Assembly: GCF_011745625.1 (NCBI RefSeq)
Contig: NW_027191485.1
Span: 186,001 to 250,000 of the forward strand
Reading direction: 5' to 3'
Source: Cladosporium halotolerans
Lineage: Eukaryota
Length of the DNA stretch: 64,000 nucleotides
The translations under genes and the position numbers were made by a program. Shown here one piece after another: positions 35,183 to 47,317 of this stretch. The notes beneath the pieces were generated by a model. The model had not been told where the DNA came from. It saw only the letters and a program-made list of their open reading frames with translations, and ran no database searches. Position 1 is the stretch's first letter; every line of letters starts with the position of its first letter.

Positions 35183-37357
35183 ATGGATTACACAAGACTT
35201 CCAATTGTGCATCGTCGCTTCCAGACCCGGTTTCTGAGACTTGTCAAGCTCAAGGCAGGAGAGCCGGGTCACTTCCTCCACTTCGAAGTCGAGATAGGTT
35301 CCATGAGTTATGATACGCCCGACTACTTCGCTCTATCTTACTGCTGGGGCGATCCCTCAAGGAAATCTGAAGTCGTGATTTCTGGACAGGTCGTACAGAT
35401 ATCGGAAAATTTGGAGAGCGCGCTTCATCACTCCGGCCTGGCCGTTGGAGACTTGATCTGGGCCGACGCGATATGCATCGACCAAGGCGACCCATTCGAG
35501 AAGTCCTACCAGGTCAACATGATGGGACTTATCTATGCGAAAGCCAGAAGAGTGATCGCGTGGCTTGGTGCAGAAGCACAGCAATCGCTTCCAGCCGTGA
35601 AACTGGTAACAAGGCTCTCGAAGAGGGTGGAAAGACTTCCACTGTCATCTCTCCATACGATTGGTGGGATCGATGCGGCTTCGCCAACCACTGACATCTT
35701 TCTCGCCTCTCTCTCCGACCTTCCACATCCAGCAAGAGCTCTTCAAGGCCTGGCTGAGCTTCTGTCACGGCCGTACTGGGAGCGTGTCTGGATCATCCAA
35801 GAGATTGCGAAGGCTACAGTCGTCGAGGTACGGTGCGGCAAGCTTCAGATTGATCTGAACGGTATTCTGTACGCCGCCACGCGGCACACGGGACTCTCGG
35901 AAAGACACAGGACCCTCCTCGCGGCTATTTTTGAGTTTCGAGCGCAGGAGCAGCGAAAAGCTGGACGAATGCCTCTCATCCAAGCAATACTCACAAGTCG
36001 CTTCTCGCTTGCAACGGACGAGCGAGATAAAGTTTATGCACTCCTTGGGCTTGCGGAAGATAGTACAGACTTAGTGCCAACGCCTGACTATGAGCAGCTT
36101 GAGCCCGAAGCATTCGAGCAGCTCACGAAACGGATCATAGAAAGCCATCACTCAAGCCCCGTGACGTTGCTTGCAAAAAGAGTCCCTTTGTCTTCTCGTT
36201 TCCCGCAATCCAGTCCCTGGGCTGTTGACTGGGCCGAACTTGCGTGCGATATTCCTCAATGGTTGATCAATACATTGAATTCTGCGCCGAAAATTGAGAT
36301 CAAACCCACCGTTCTTAAAGGCTCGTTGTTGCGTACGAAGGGCCGGCGCCTTGGATCCATCACGTCACACGAGACAGACACGAACTCTTGGATGTCATAC
36401 ACTCCGGACGAAACAGGGCCAAACTCGAGCTTTGGCGCCATGAGCAGGATTGCTTCCGACATCTTGGAGCGACTCAGCCCTGGCGGCTCAGGCATTGCCG
36501 CGGTGAATCCAAAAGAGATGACTCTCGCTCTAGCACGGATGATCAGAGACGCCGACAAAGGCTCTGCGTCTGCTGAGTACAACTTAGCTCGAGTGTGCCA
36601 AACTTTGTATCGGCTGAAGGACGTGCAGCTCCACCAAATGCCAATTTGGGAGTGGGCGAGGAAGGCGAACTTCCACAGACCTGCAGCGCCACGGCAAATA
36701 CAAGAACCAATAGTGACCGATGCGTCATCTCCTTACGAGGAAGAACCCGCCGCGTGCTGCTTACGGCTTTTGGGAATGCGGAAAAGTCTTTTTCGATTCT
36801 CAAGGAGATCACCGGCTCAACGGACTACCATCAGCAACGCCGAGCGAGCGGCTCTGGTCGTTCCCCTGCAAGAGATTCCTCGCTCTTCTCCCGACGAGAG
36901 TCTCGACGCGGATCTCAATGGGAACGCGGCGGGAAAACTCGACGGCGCGACGCCCCTGCCGAGTCTAGTGGCGTTCAAGCTTTGGGAGGATATCCTCGCG
37001 AGTTTCAGTCGCCTTTCTGAGGATCAGCTGCAGTTTGCTATCGTGAGCAACAAGCACCTAGTCATTGTCCCTAGGAACGCCAGACAGGGGCAGGACATCT
37101 ATGAAATCGAGCACTGCACCCTACCGGTGGTGCTTGGAAAAGATCGGGAAGGAGACTATTACCTGGCTGGAGAAGCATACGTCGGTCGACGGCCAGACGG
37201 CGCTTGGCTACCCGACTTGGAGTCATTGTTTCCTAAAATTGAGCGGCTACCTGAACCGGCCGACCCAGCGATCAAGATCAATTTGGCGTACTCCGCAGAA
37301 TTTCTAGGACGCCCAGGACGCTGGGGTAGCCCTGACTGGGACTCGTATGCTAGTTGA
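35183..37357 (+). CDS. Heterokaryon incompatibility (HET-domain) protein
   Basis: HET blocks YFALSYCWG, WADAICIDQ..EKSYQVNMMGLIY, RPYWERVWIIQE, plus ATDERDKVYALLGL and C-terminal Y.L.GEAYV. Confidence 0.9.
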   Translation: MDYTRLPIVHRRFQTRFLRLVKLKAGEPGHFLHFEVEIGSMSYDTPDYFALSYCWGDPSRKSEVVISGQVVQISENLESALHHSGLAVGDLIWADAICIDQGDPFEKSYQVNMMGLIYAKARRVIAWLGAEAQQSLPAVKLVTRLSKRVERLPLSSLHTIGGIDAASPTTDIFLASLSDLPHPARALQGLAELLSRPYWERVWIIQEIAKATVVEVRCGKLQIDLNGILYAATRHTGLSERHRTLLAAIFEFRAQEQRKAGRMPLIQAILTSRFSLATDERDKVYALLGLAEDSTDLVPTPDYEQLEPEAFEQLTKRIIESHHSSPVTLLAKRVPLSSRFPQSSPWAVDWAELACDIPQWLINTLNSAPKIEIKPTVLKGSLLRTKGRRLGSITSHETDTNSWMSYTPDETGPNSSFGAMSRIASDILERLSPGGSGIAAVNPKEMTLALARMIRDADKGSASAEYNLARVCQTLYRLKDVQLHQMPIWEWARKANFHRPAAPRQIQEPIVTDASSPYEEEPAACCLRLLGMRKSLFRFSRRSPAQRTTISNAERAALVVPLQEIPRSSPDESLDADLNGNAAGKLDGATPLPSLVAFKLWEDILASFSRLSEDQLQFAIVSNKHLVIVPRNARQGQDIYEIEHCTLPVVLGKDREGDYYLAGEAYVGRRPDGAWLPDLESLFPKIERLPEPADPAIKINLAYSAEFLGRPGRWGSPDWDSYAS

Positions 37358-39030
37358 CAGCGCGAGGCAAGCTCCAGTAAAGACGATGATAGAGCCTCAA
37401 GGGGTGTGGGTGGACCGCTCAGAGCTTTGCTCCGGTTCCGATGACTTGTTGTTAGACTGGACCGATGAGTATGTGGCGGTTTTGGTCGTTAGAGGGGGAG
37501 CTGCTGTGAGTTAGAGAGCAAGCAAGGCGCAGATAAGGAAGGTATAATGACGCGTCCCCTTCCATGCCGGTCGACTACAGTTCTCCACTCGACTTCTCCG
37601 CCCTCCCCAACGGCAACAACCTGTTCCGGTGCGAGCTTCGCAGCGACCTGGTGAACTACCTGCAGGTGTCTAGCTAAACACCTCGTAGGCACAGCCTGAC
37701 AAGGCGAAAAGTACAGTGAATGTACGGCGCACCATAGACGGCGGCCACTTCCTGCACATCGGTCAACACACGACTTTACGGCGGTTACGCTTGCTTATTT
37801 TCATCAATCCGATGCTTCGATACATGACCAAATGTGGACAACTGGGGTTTTATAGAGCCACAAGGCGCGAAAGCGGAACTCCATTGCTCATTTGTGAATT
37901 GAAAGAGTCTGTGCAGCTTTGTGGTAAGGTGCTTATCTCTAGATATGTCTTTTCCCCAAGAAATCCAGAAATTCTAACGTACTACCCTTTCCTTTGTTCT
38001 ATCGAGATCGGTTTATTATGTACCCGGTGAGCCTATCTTATTAGCTGAACTTAAAGACGGACACGTCGTGGTGGTCCACTTCCTACAAACTTCCGAATAA
38101 GAGGTGACTGCTCAATTTTGCAGATCGCATAGTGATCGATGAATTGGAACCCACAGACTCCATTACCACACATAGCTTCCCGAGTGCTGCATGATTCGCT
38201 CACGATTGCTGCTTCTGCAATCATTCCAGCCCCAGCCGCCGGTATAACACTTCTGATCAGTGAAGCTGAGCTCCGCGAGGCTGACCATTGTATCACGCCA
38301 CCTCCCACACCGACCTGCAGCCGCAAAACAACACATAGGCTAGCATCACTTTGCCAAGGAAACCTCCCACCACCAGCTACCACTCCTATCCCTTACATTC
38401 TGAGTACTCGGAGTACGCGATCTTGCTGCACCGCCGCAGCATGGCCTGACGAACGCCCCAGCCAGCCTTACAACTTACCTGCTGACCAGCGTCTGACCGG
38501 GACCTTTCACTTGTTACAGTCAAACTCAAGTAAGATAGAGCTAAGCTCAAGTGCTATAGCATAGCAAAACGCAAACATCGCCCGAGACGTACATCAGACA
38601 GTTTGGTGTGCAGCCAGCCACGACCGCGGAGTCGACCTTGAAAGGCCAGTAATAATATCAGCAGCGTGGCAGCACAAAGCGTATCTAAGCAGCTTTTGAC
38701 AACGCGGCTGCCACGCGGCGCTTCTCGTCCGCGGGCCTACGCCACCGGCTTGGCTGGACGATGATCTAGTAGATAGAGTCGAGAGGATGCTGAAGGTCAT
38801 GGATGGGCGGTCGTGCCACGCTTGCAGTTGTGGTCTCGCAGTGAGGCTGCACGTTGTGACGCCACTATGGAATACTCAGTGATACTTTAGGCGTCTGGAC
38901 CGTAGTTGGACTTCTGCGCGTATATATGTATATGTCTGCCCGATCTTAGACCTCCTTAACAACCCCTCCCTAAATCCCATTCAGCGTAAGATACATCTAG
39001 CACAAGGCCAATTCATCCAAGGAAGCAACA

Positions 39031-39678
39031 ATGTCTTACACCCCAATCGACCTTCACGATCCGCCCGTGTCCGCCACTTCTCCGACGGACACTACGAAAC
39101 CCCCTTCCCAGCTGCGCCTCTACCAGACTCTCGTCGGCGACATCGACGCGCCGCTGTCAAAACGCTCCGCAGGCCGCAGCCTCTACCAACAGACCGTCGC
39201 CCAGGAACGCAGGGCGAAGCACTGGTTCTGGATCTCGGGTCTGATCTTCGCTGTGCTCGTTACGGCTCAGATCGTCTTTTGCTTGTCGATCGTAAGAAAC
39301 TGAACCCCGTTCCATCGTACCTAGTTGCTGACGCATCGATTACAGTCCATCGGCGCGCAGATGGGCGTCACGAACAACATGATCTCCATCCTCGCGGGCG
39401 TCAACACGCTCGTCGCCGCCGGCATCGCGGCACTGAAGGCCCTCAGCCTACCGGACCGCAAAGCCGCCGAGCGCCTGAGCCTTCGCCAAATCCTCGAGCG
39501 CGTTGAGTACACGACGCGCCGGCTGCGCGCCGGCTTGAAAGTGGACGTCGAGAAGGAAGCGGAAGACATTCGCACGGAGTTTGAGACGGCAGGGGATGAA
39601 GAAGCGGGACTGTTTGCGCATTTGTCGTCGTCTGTATCTATGGGCCCTGCTAGCGGCGGCGCTCCTCAGACCAAGTAG
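39031..39678 (+). CDS. SLATT-like (SMODS/SLOG-associated 2TM) fungal membrane protein, 2 exons
   Basis: Two TM helices then ILAGVNTLVAAGIAALKALSLPDR...LRQILERVEYTTRRL, resembling the fungal SLATT pattern. Intron 39292-39344. Confidence 0.65.
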
Positions 39679-41373
39679 CGGAAGCCCTTGCTCAGCTTCA
39701 GCTTCTCGTCGGCGCTGTCCTGTTCTTCCACCTCGGGCTCGGCCTCGCGCAGCGCGAGTTCTTTGTTCAGGCGCGTGAGCATGAACTTGAAGCCTAGCGA
39801 GCCGATGATCGTCGCGCCGAACATGGCGGCCACGATGCCGTAGCTCTTGCGGTAGGCGTTCGCTTCGTCGAACCAGACGTAGGAGCCCGCGATGTTGCCG
39901 ACTTGGCTGAAGGCGTTGATCAGGGCGATGGCGACGGCGCGCTTGGCAGGGGGTCGAGGGAAGGAGGAGCTGATCCAGGAGTAGAAGACGATGAAGCTGG
40001 GGGGTTTGTTAGTGAGATCTCGAGAGAGAGGAGAGTTTGGTTGGGGACTTGGACATACCCAGCGTAGGAGCCTGCTTGGAGGAAGAGGGCGACATAGCGG
40101 GCGGCGGTATTGGTCGTTGCGATACTAATCACAAAACCGACGAGGCCCATGCAGATGGGAGAGACGATGTGCCAGAACTAAATACTCACGTTAGCGAAGT
40201 ATGATAGGTGATGACAACGACGCGACTGACCTTCTCCTGGTGGCGATCAGAGCTCCATGCGACGAATACAGAGATCAAGCAAGAGAACACCCAGGGCGGC
40301 GAGCTCATGAGCAGAGTCGGCACGTAGCCAAAGCCGAGAGTCTTGGTAAGGGAGGGCTGGGAGATTGCGTTAGTCAGGAAGCGGCAGAGTATGGGAAAAG
40401 GCCGGACTCACGAAGTATGCGTTGAAAGACAGACCAACGACGTAAAGGGCGAACACAATGCACATGATGTACACCTTGATATCCTTCAAAGCCATGAACA
40501 GACCGCCGAAGGTACCGAGACCCTCAGGGTCGACATCGGCAAGACCGACGTCCTCTGTCATGCGGAGCTGGGCGACCTCAAGTTCCTCGGCGGTGAAGCC
40601 GCGGGTGTTGTGAGGAAGATCCGGGAGGATGAAGACAGCCGCGATGGCAATGGCCATGGTGGCAGCACCTTCAACTTTGTTATTTGTCAGTGAGAGTCGG
40701 TCTCATTGGGAAAATCAAACTTACTCCAGAAAAGCCAGCGCCAGGCAGCGTGCCCAAGGACACCCTGCATGTTTGAGAGCACACCAGCTGCGATGAGGGC
40801 CGAGAAGGCGTTGGAGATGAGGTTTCCACAGAACAGGATAGCATTCCTGGTAGTGAGCTCGCGGCGCGTGTACCACTTAGAGAGGATGAGGAGGGCACCG
40901 GGCAAGAATGCAGCCTCCACAAATCCGAGGAAGAAACGAGTGGCGACCATGCCGGAGAAGTTGTGGGTGTTGCCGGATAAGGTCGAGACCATACCCCAGA
41001 CCATCATCACCGCGCCAATATAGAGCGAGGGCCTCTGGATCCTGTTCATGAAGATGTTTGACGGGACCTGCATCAGAATGTAACCGACGTAGAGAATGCT
41101 GAGACAGGTCTGATATTGCGATTGGTTGAGGTTCAGGTCCTCCTCGAGACCTCGGAGCCTGGCAGCGGCAATGTTGTTGCGGTCGAGGTAGTTCATAATG
41201 TAAATGAGGACGAAGAGCGAGCATCGTGCATCCAGCTTGCGCTTCATGCTCTTTTCCACGCGGGCACGGTGCTCCGGTGCCCATCCTGCTGCTCCAGTGA
41301 CGGCGGGCATGTCGGCAGCAATCTCTGTGTGGTCGGCGTTCTTCTCCATCTTGGAGATGTTGTCGGCGTTCAT
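39666..41373 (-). CDS. MFS transporter, allantoate/nicotinate (ACS, Dal5-like) family, multi-exon
   Basis: MNYLDRNNIAAA, EAAFLPG..SKWY, WRWLF, ILPD.P, C-terminal KGFRYLV. Confidence 0.88.
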
Positions 41374-42033
41374 GGTGGCTCCAGATAGCACCTCAGAAGA
41401 TCACTTCGAGCTGGCGAAGACGAAGACGAAGACGAAGACGTGATGAGAGTGGAATGCCTACCTGGAGAGTCTGGGGCCTCCACACATATATAGCGGAGTG
41501 AGAGCGGTTGAGTTCGCGACTCTGGGGCTCTGGGGTTACCCATGGGCACACCCGCATCTTGCCATGAGCGTGGCACATGGCAAGTGTGAGGGTTGAACGA
41601 GGGTCGAAGGAGGGTTTGCACGCCTTGGCTGTAGACAAGGAGTCTGTGCCAGCTGGGCGGCGGTCTTGGTGCTCTCCACGTCTTGCCTGAGCCAGCTAGC
41701 CGCCAGGGCCCTCAGGTCATTCCGCTGTGGGGGGCTGAGAGTGCGCCGCCAATCAGCGCGCTTCGTCGCGGCTGCACGGTCCGCCAGCCATCCGCCCTGC
41801 CGCCCTCAGCCAGACCTCGACGACCGCAGCCAAGGCCAAGAGGTCGGATGTCGACTGAACTCTGCTCACGTTTGCACCTCCACCGCCCGGCTACAGACCG
41901 CACACTCCGGACCTTGAAGAGCAAATCCGGCTCGTCTCCCGGCGCTCGGTCAAATTCCCGTTCGCCAGTGCTGACTATCTCGCCGGGCATGTGGAGCCCC
42001 ACGGGACGGCGTTGTGGACATGTGCCCGAAGAT

Positions 42034-42550
42034 GACTGTCGACCTGGGGTTACGATCCTGGAAAATCTCGACCTTGTAGCTCGCCCAGCACGCGATACTG
42101 CGGACAGCCGATTGTCGACCTGGAACTCTCTAGTCGCTCTAATCATGGGCCTATCGCCTGCGTAGCGTGAGGCTCACTGGCATTGTGTGGAGATTCGACT
42201 ATCAATCTGGGGTTACAACCGCGGAGAATCTGGAGCGCATGGCTGGTTTTGCGGGAGGCTGGCGTGCATTCGTGTGGAGCGTAGACTGTCGACCTGGGGT
42301 GATGTCCACCACCGTAAGTCGGGCGGTAGCTGACTTGGCGGGGAGTCTGCTGTATTCACGTGGAAGAGCCAACTGTCGACCTGGAACAACGACCATGGAA
42401 TATGTCGAGCACAAAGTTGATGTGGCCCGAGGCTGTGCTGTCTGCACACAAGGAGCCGACTGTCAACCTGAACGAGACGGTCATGTGAGGCTATGCGCGA
42501 TTATGTGTGCTGTTGTGGTCGATATGGTGCAGAGTGACTGTCGACTGGAC
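42034..42550 (+). repeat. Periodic array of a ~14-20 nt motif RACTGTCGACCTGG with divergent spacers
   Basis: Copies start at 42034, 42110, 42197, 42284, 42371, 42458, 42536 (spacings 76, 87, 87, 87, 87, 78). Confidence 0.75.
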
Positions 42551-42713
42551 TGGAGATGCTTCCCACGCTACGCCACGAAAGGAGGAACCGTGCAGTGATA
42601 TATCTATGTGACCCCCGTTCCTTGTCGTTCCAATTTGTCCCACCCTCAACAAGGCAACAATCATACATTCCACAGTACAATCCATTACCGCGTAGCACGA
42701 TCAACTCTTCGAG

Positions 42714-44353
42714 ATGGAGATCACAAAGGTGAGCCCACCAGCCACATGGACTTCGAAGAGGATCAGCACACTGACAAACGACGATTCACAGGCCGGCGTC
42801 ATTGGTGCAGGCACCATGGGAGGAGCCCTCGCCCTACTTCTTGCAGACAACGGCGTAGAAGTATCCGTCCACGACATCTGCGAATCGAACCTCCAAAAGA
42901 CAGCGGCCGCCGCCGAAGCTGCAGGTCTCTCCGCCCGCATCAACATCTGCAAGGACTACGACAGCCTCTGCGAGAGCCTTGGGACTCCCAAAGTCTTCAT
43001 CTTCAGCCTGCCCAACGGCCGCCCCGGCGACTCTGTCGTCAAGACCCTCGAGAAATACGTCACAAAGGGAGACATCGTGATCGATGCTTCGAACGAGAAT
43101 TGGAAGGTCACACAAGCGAGGCAGCAGATCTTGAGCAAATACGGCGTTGCCTACATTGGTCTCGGAGTCTCCGGTGGCAGCTATGGTGCTCGCAATGGTC
43201 CATCGATGATGCCGGGCGGTGAGAAGTGGGCGGTCGACATGGTTCTGCCCATGCTGACCCGGATGGCTGCTCGGGACGATCATGGCCGCCCTTGCGTGGC
43301 AAACATCGGTACGGGAGGCAGTGGCCATTTTGTCAAGATGATTCACAACGGCATCGAGCACGGCATCATGTCGGCTCTGTGTGAGGCGTGGGAGATCATG
43401 GACCAGACTTTGGGCATGGACGGCGAGGAGATCGGCGCTATTTTCGACTCGTGGAATACCAAGGGCGGGCTGGTAAGTCTGACGTTTTACTCCTTATGAC
43501 TGTCGCTGACGATAGATGTGCAGAAAGGTAACTTCCTCGTTGAGATCAGCGGCTCAATATGCAGGACCAAAAGCTCATCCGGCGCCGGGTACATGCTTCA
43601 CGACATTCGAGACGCCGTTGTGCAAGACGCCAACGATTCAGAAGGCACAGGCTCCTGGGCAAACGTCCAATCAGTCGAGTCACACGTGCCTGCGCCCAGC
43701 TTAACCGCCGCCCACTACCTCCGAATCGCATCATCCCAAGTAGAGCAAAGACTTTTTATCAACACGTCTCTCGATATTACCCCACCGAAGCGGGAGAAAG
43801 TGACCGGCGCCGAACGATCCGCGGTCCTCCAAGAGCTAGCAGACGCAGTATACGGCACGACTCTCCTGTGCTTCGTCCAAGGCCTCGACGTCCTCGAGCG
43901 CGAAAGCATGAACCAGAACTGGGGCATCGATATCCCGCGCGTGCTGGAGATCTGGCGCGCCGGCTGTATCATCAAATCCGACGCGCTACTGGACATGCTG
44001 CACGCGTCGTACTTGGAGAGCCCTCAGACGCCTCTCCTCTGCAGGCCGCAGATAGCCCAGGATGTCAAGAGGTGTCAGCCGGCGCTCAAGAAGATTGTGC
44101 TCCGCAGTATCGAGAGCGACGCGCGCGTACCCTGTTTGAGCGGCACGCTCGAGTATCTGAAGTATATTGGCGGCGTCGACCTTCCGACGAGCTTTACTGA
44201 GGCTCAGTTGGATTGTTTCGGAGCGCATGGGTATGATCTGAAGTCCGAGCCTGTGAGGCATCTGCTGAAGGGTGAGTTATTCCATACATTGCAGTGTTTT
44301 TCACATTGCTGACTAAATTGCTAGGCTCCTACCATCATGCTTGGTCTGGATGA
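42714..44353 (+). CDS. 6-phosphogluconate dehydrogenase-like (decarboxylating family), 4 exons
   Basis: GVIGAGTMG, GVSGG..GARNGPSMMPGG, GHFVKMIHNGIEHG, IWRAGCII, AQLDCFGAHGY. Introns at about 42729-42791, 43473-43523, 44272-44324. Confidence 0.88.
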
Positions 44354-44796
44354 AGGGATGCGTGACCCTTAGAACAAATCATTCGTCTCCCTATACTCAT
44401 AGTCAGATAATAAATCATAGAATCTGGGATATTAGCATGCAATTAACGATATTAAGACCAAAGTCAAACAAATTTCTCATTCTCATAGAATATTCATGTC
44501 TTGCATAGATGAAAGCCCGAAATGCCGTCATTCAAAGATACTTTGCTAGCATCTAGATTCGCATCATGTGCCGCCATTACCTGCAAGTGATCCTTCGAAA
44601 ACGCGAGAGATCTGAGTGGTAGATGGACATAGGGCTCAGCAAAGTCTAGGCACGTGGAGTGCGGAGAGAGGCGCGGCGCAACTGCACCTCTCCAGCTTTC
44701 ACGAAGTCCCTGGTTGTCCACCAGACATCAACTGACATCCCATGGAATAAATGGTGAGGACGTCCACTCGGACGAGGGAAATCAACTATATTCAAT

Positions 44797-47186
44797 ATGG
44801 ACGTTCGTCGTGCATCTGGATCGACGCCGGGCGTCCAGCAGCCTCAGCAGGCCGATGATCCCAGAGCGTGCCGAGAATGCCGTCGCCGCAGAGTCCAATG
44901 CGACGGCACCATACCGGTCTGCGCTGTTTGTCAACGATACAGGCGCCACTGTCTCTACGACAAGCATAGCAAGACACGCCTGACCCGCAAGTATGCGACG
45001 ACTTCGTTCGCGTGAGTGTCATCTTAGTCGCTAACCCATCAACTAGGCAGCTTACGATCTTGGAAGCGAGGCTGGAGAAGGCCGAAGCCTTACTCAGAAG
45101 TCGATTTACGCCAGAGCAGCTTGCCAAAATGATGGAAGCACCGACTTTGAGGCCTGTAGAGGAGGCTCCGGCTGCTAACACCGGTGCGACGCCCTCCATG
45201 GGCGTGAACCCCTTGACCGAAACGCCCGCTTCTACTCAGATCGCACCCACTCCAGCGTCGCAGTCGACTCTGCATCCTCAGCAGGCTTTTGGTACGGACT
45301 TCAGCTTCGACGACACCTCACTAGGTCTAGCCGCCAGTCATGCTTCACCAGAAGGGGCTTTCGATCTCGACCCTGCTACCGCCGACGACTTCGAATGGGA
45401 CGAACAGGAGTCCTCATGGTCCCAACATGCTGGAGGCGATGGCTTTCCGCAAGCTGTAATGGACGGCATGGCTTCTCTCACTGTCGGCGAACGCAGAGGT
45501 TACCTTGGTGCCGTCTCTGGAGCTGCACTACTGCGCCAAGTACTCTCTGCTGATAACGAAGGAAACTCAACCCACCAGAGAGCTCGCTCGCAACAGTTCG
45601 ACTCGTTATTCCAGCAGCGTCTGGATCAATCCCAACTATACCAGACCCGGACCATGCTCACGCGCGTGGCTGTCGAGAATCTGTTTGATGCCTTCTTCAC
45701 GTTCTACCACCCGACATTTCCTATCGTCCACGAGCCCACTTTCCGAGCACAGTATATCAACAGTCTCCCCCGAGGCGACAACCACAAATGGGTCATGCTG
45801 GCAAATATTGTCGCCGCTCTTGGATCTTTCGCTAGCAGTAATTGCGCCGACGCTACCGACTTGTCTATCTTCCAAGAGGCGCAGAAAAGCTTGTTCTCCA
45901 ACAACCTAGAAGCCGGCAATTTAACCCTCGTCCAAGCTTTTGCTCTGTCAGCTACATATCTGCAGAAGCGTAACAAGCCTAACACAGGCTACAACTACAG
46001 CGGTATAGCGCTGCGGCTAGCGATTGGACTCGGTCTTCACAAGGATTACCAAGAAGGGCACATTTCTCCACTACAGGTAGAGTTGCGGCGGCGAGTCTGG
46101 TGGACGATCTGTGTCCTTGATGTTGGAGCGACAGTATCATATGGTAGGCCCTTAAACTGGCCCCGAGCTGGTACAGAGATCGCGCTGCCCAAGAATGTAC
46201 ACGAAGAGGTAAGTGTGACCTTTTTGGTCGCTTGACCCTGCTCTAAATTTCATCTCGCAGGACATACTATCTGACTCCACGACATCTCCACCCGAAATTG
46301 AAGGCCTGACTTTGTACACATACTTGCGAGTACAGTCATTGTACCACCTCAAGACGATGGGTATCTACACCCGCCTCATCGGCAGACCTTTCCCAACCGC
46401 TGCAGAGCTCATTGCCATGGACGACGAAAACATCGGAGCTTGGCTGGCACAGATGCCACCTTACTACGCCGTCTACCCTCCGGCAGGATCCAAATATGCG
46501 CTCGGCCTGGGAATTACGAAGTGGCGGTACCGCAACTTGCGCATCGTTATGTACCGACCCTTCCTGATTCGCTGGGCTCTGACTCCGCCATCGCAAGGCG
46601 AGTGGGTTTCCTCGAGCACTGAGACCCTGGCCGTGTTCAAATGTCTGGACGCTGCGAAAGAGACCATCCTGTCTATCGAGGAGTACTGGACAACAAGATC
46701 CCACGCGAGGCTTGACTCGTGGTATGTCCTGTAAGTCAACATCACCGCAGCCTCATCCACCGCCAGTAGAACAAAAGCTAATCTTACAACCACCAAAGAT
46801 ACTTCCTATTCCACGCAACCCTCATCCCCCTCCACTGCCTGCGCCAAATGCCCCAGAACTCCCTCGCGCCCGACTGGCGCACGCAAATCCGTGCTTCCAT
46901 CTCCATCATGGAGGCCATGATCGACCTGTGCCCCAACAGCTCCAACTGCCGCGACATCACGCTCAAGCTGAGCTGGCCGCATTTGCAAGAGGAAAATACG
47001 GCTTTCGACCCTTCGGCGCAGGCTGGGCCTGAGGCGGCGGCGGAGATCAACGACTATAACGCGTGGTGCGAGCAGACGAGTATTACTAACGGGGGTGTGC
47101 CGATCTTGCAGTGGCCGGATGTTGATGAGAGCGGGCTGAACTTCTTTTATGGCGCGGGCTTTGGATGGGGGAGGGCGGACATGTAG
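44797..47186 (+). CDS. Zn(II)2Cys6 transcription factor, multi-exon
   Basis: ACRECRRRRVQCDGTIPVCAVCQRYRRHCLY; YHPTFPIVHEPTF; ELRRRVWW. Confidence 0.88.
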
Positions 47187-47317
47187 GGCATTGGAATGGA
47201 TCGTGTAATAATGTTGCCATGCAAAAAGTGCTTATTGACCAATACCGCTTTTGGCTCAAGGGTGAGGTCCTTGATTATAAATCTTTGCGACATCGCGATG
47301 CTTTTTCGACCACCCGT

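Noticed and set aside
37400..39000. Gene or transposon remnant between HET and the SLATT-like gene
   Set aside because: Only short ORFs without motifs; no terminal repeats or strong AT-rich RIP signature visible.
42034..42550. CRISPR array call
   Set aside because: Repeats are short and degenerate, spacers ~70 nt, no cas genes, eukaryotic context; kept as a periodic repeat.
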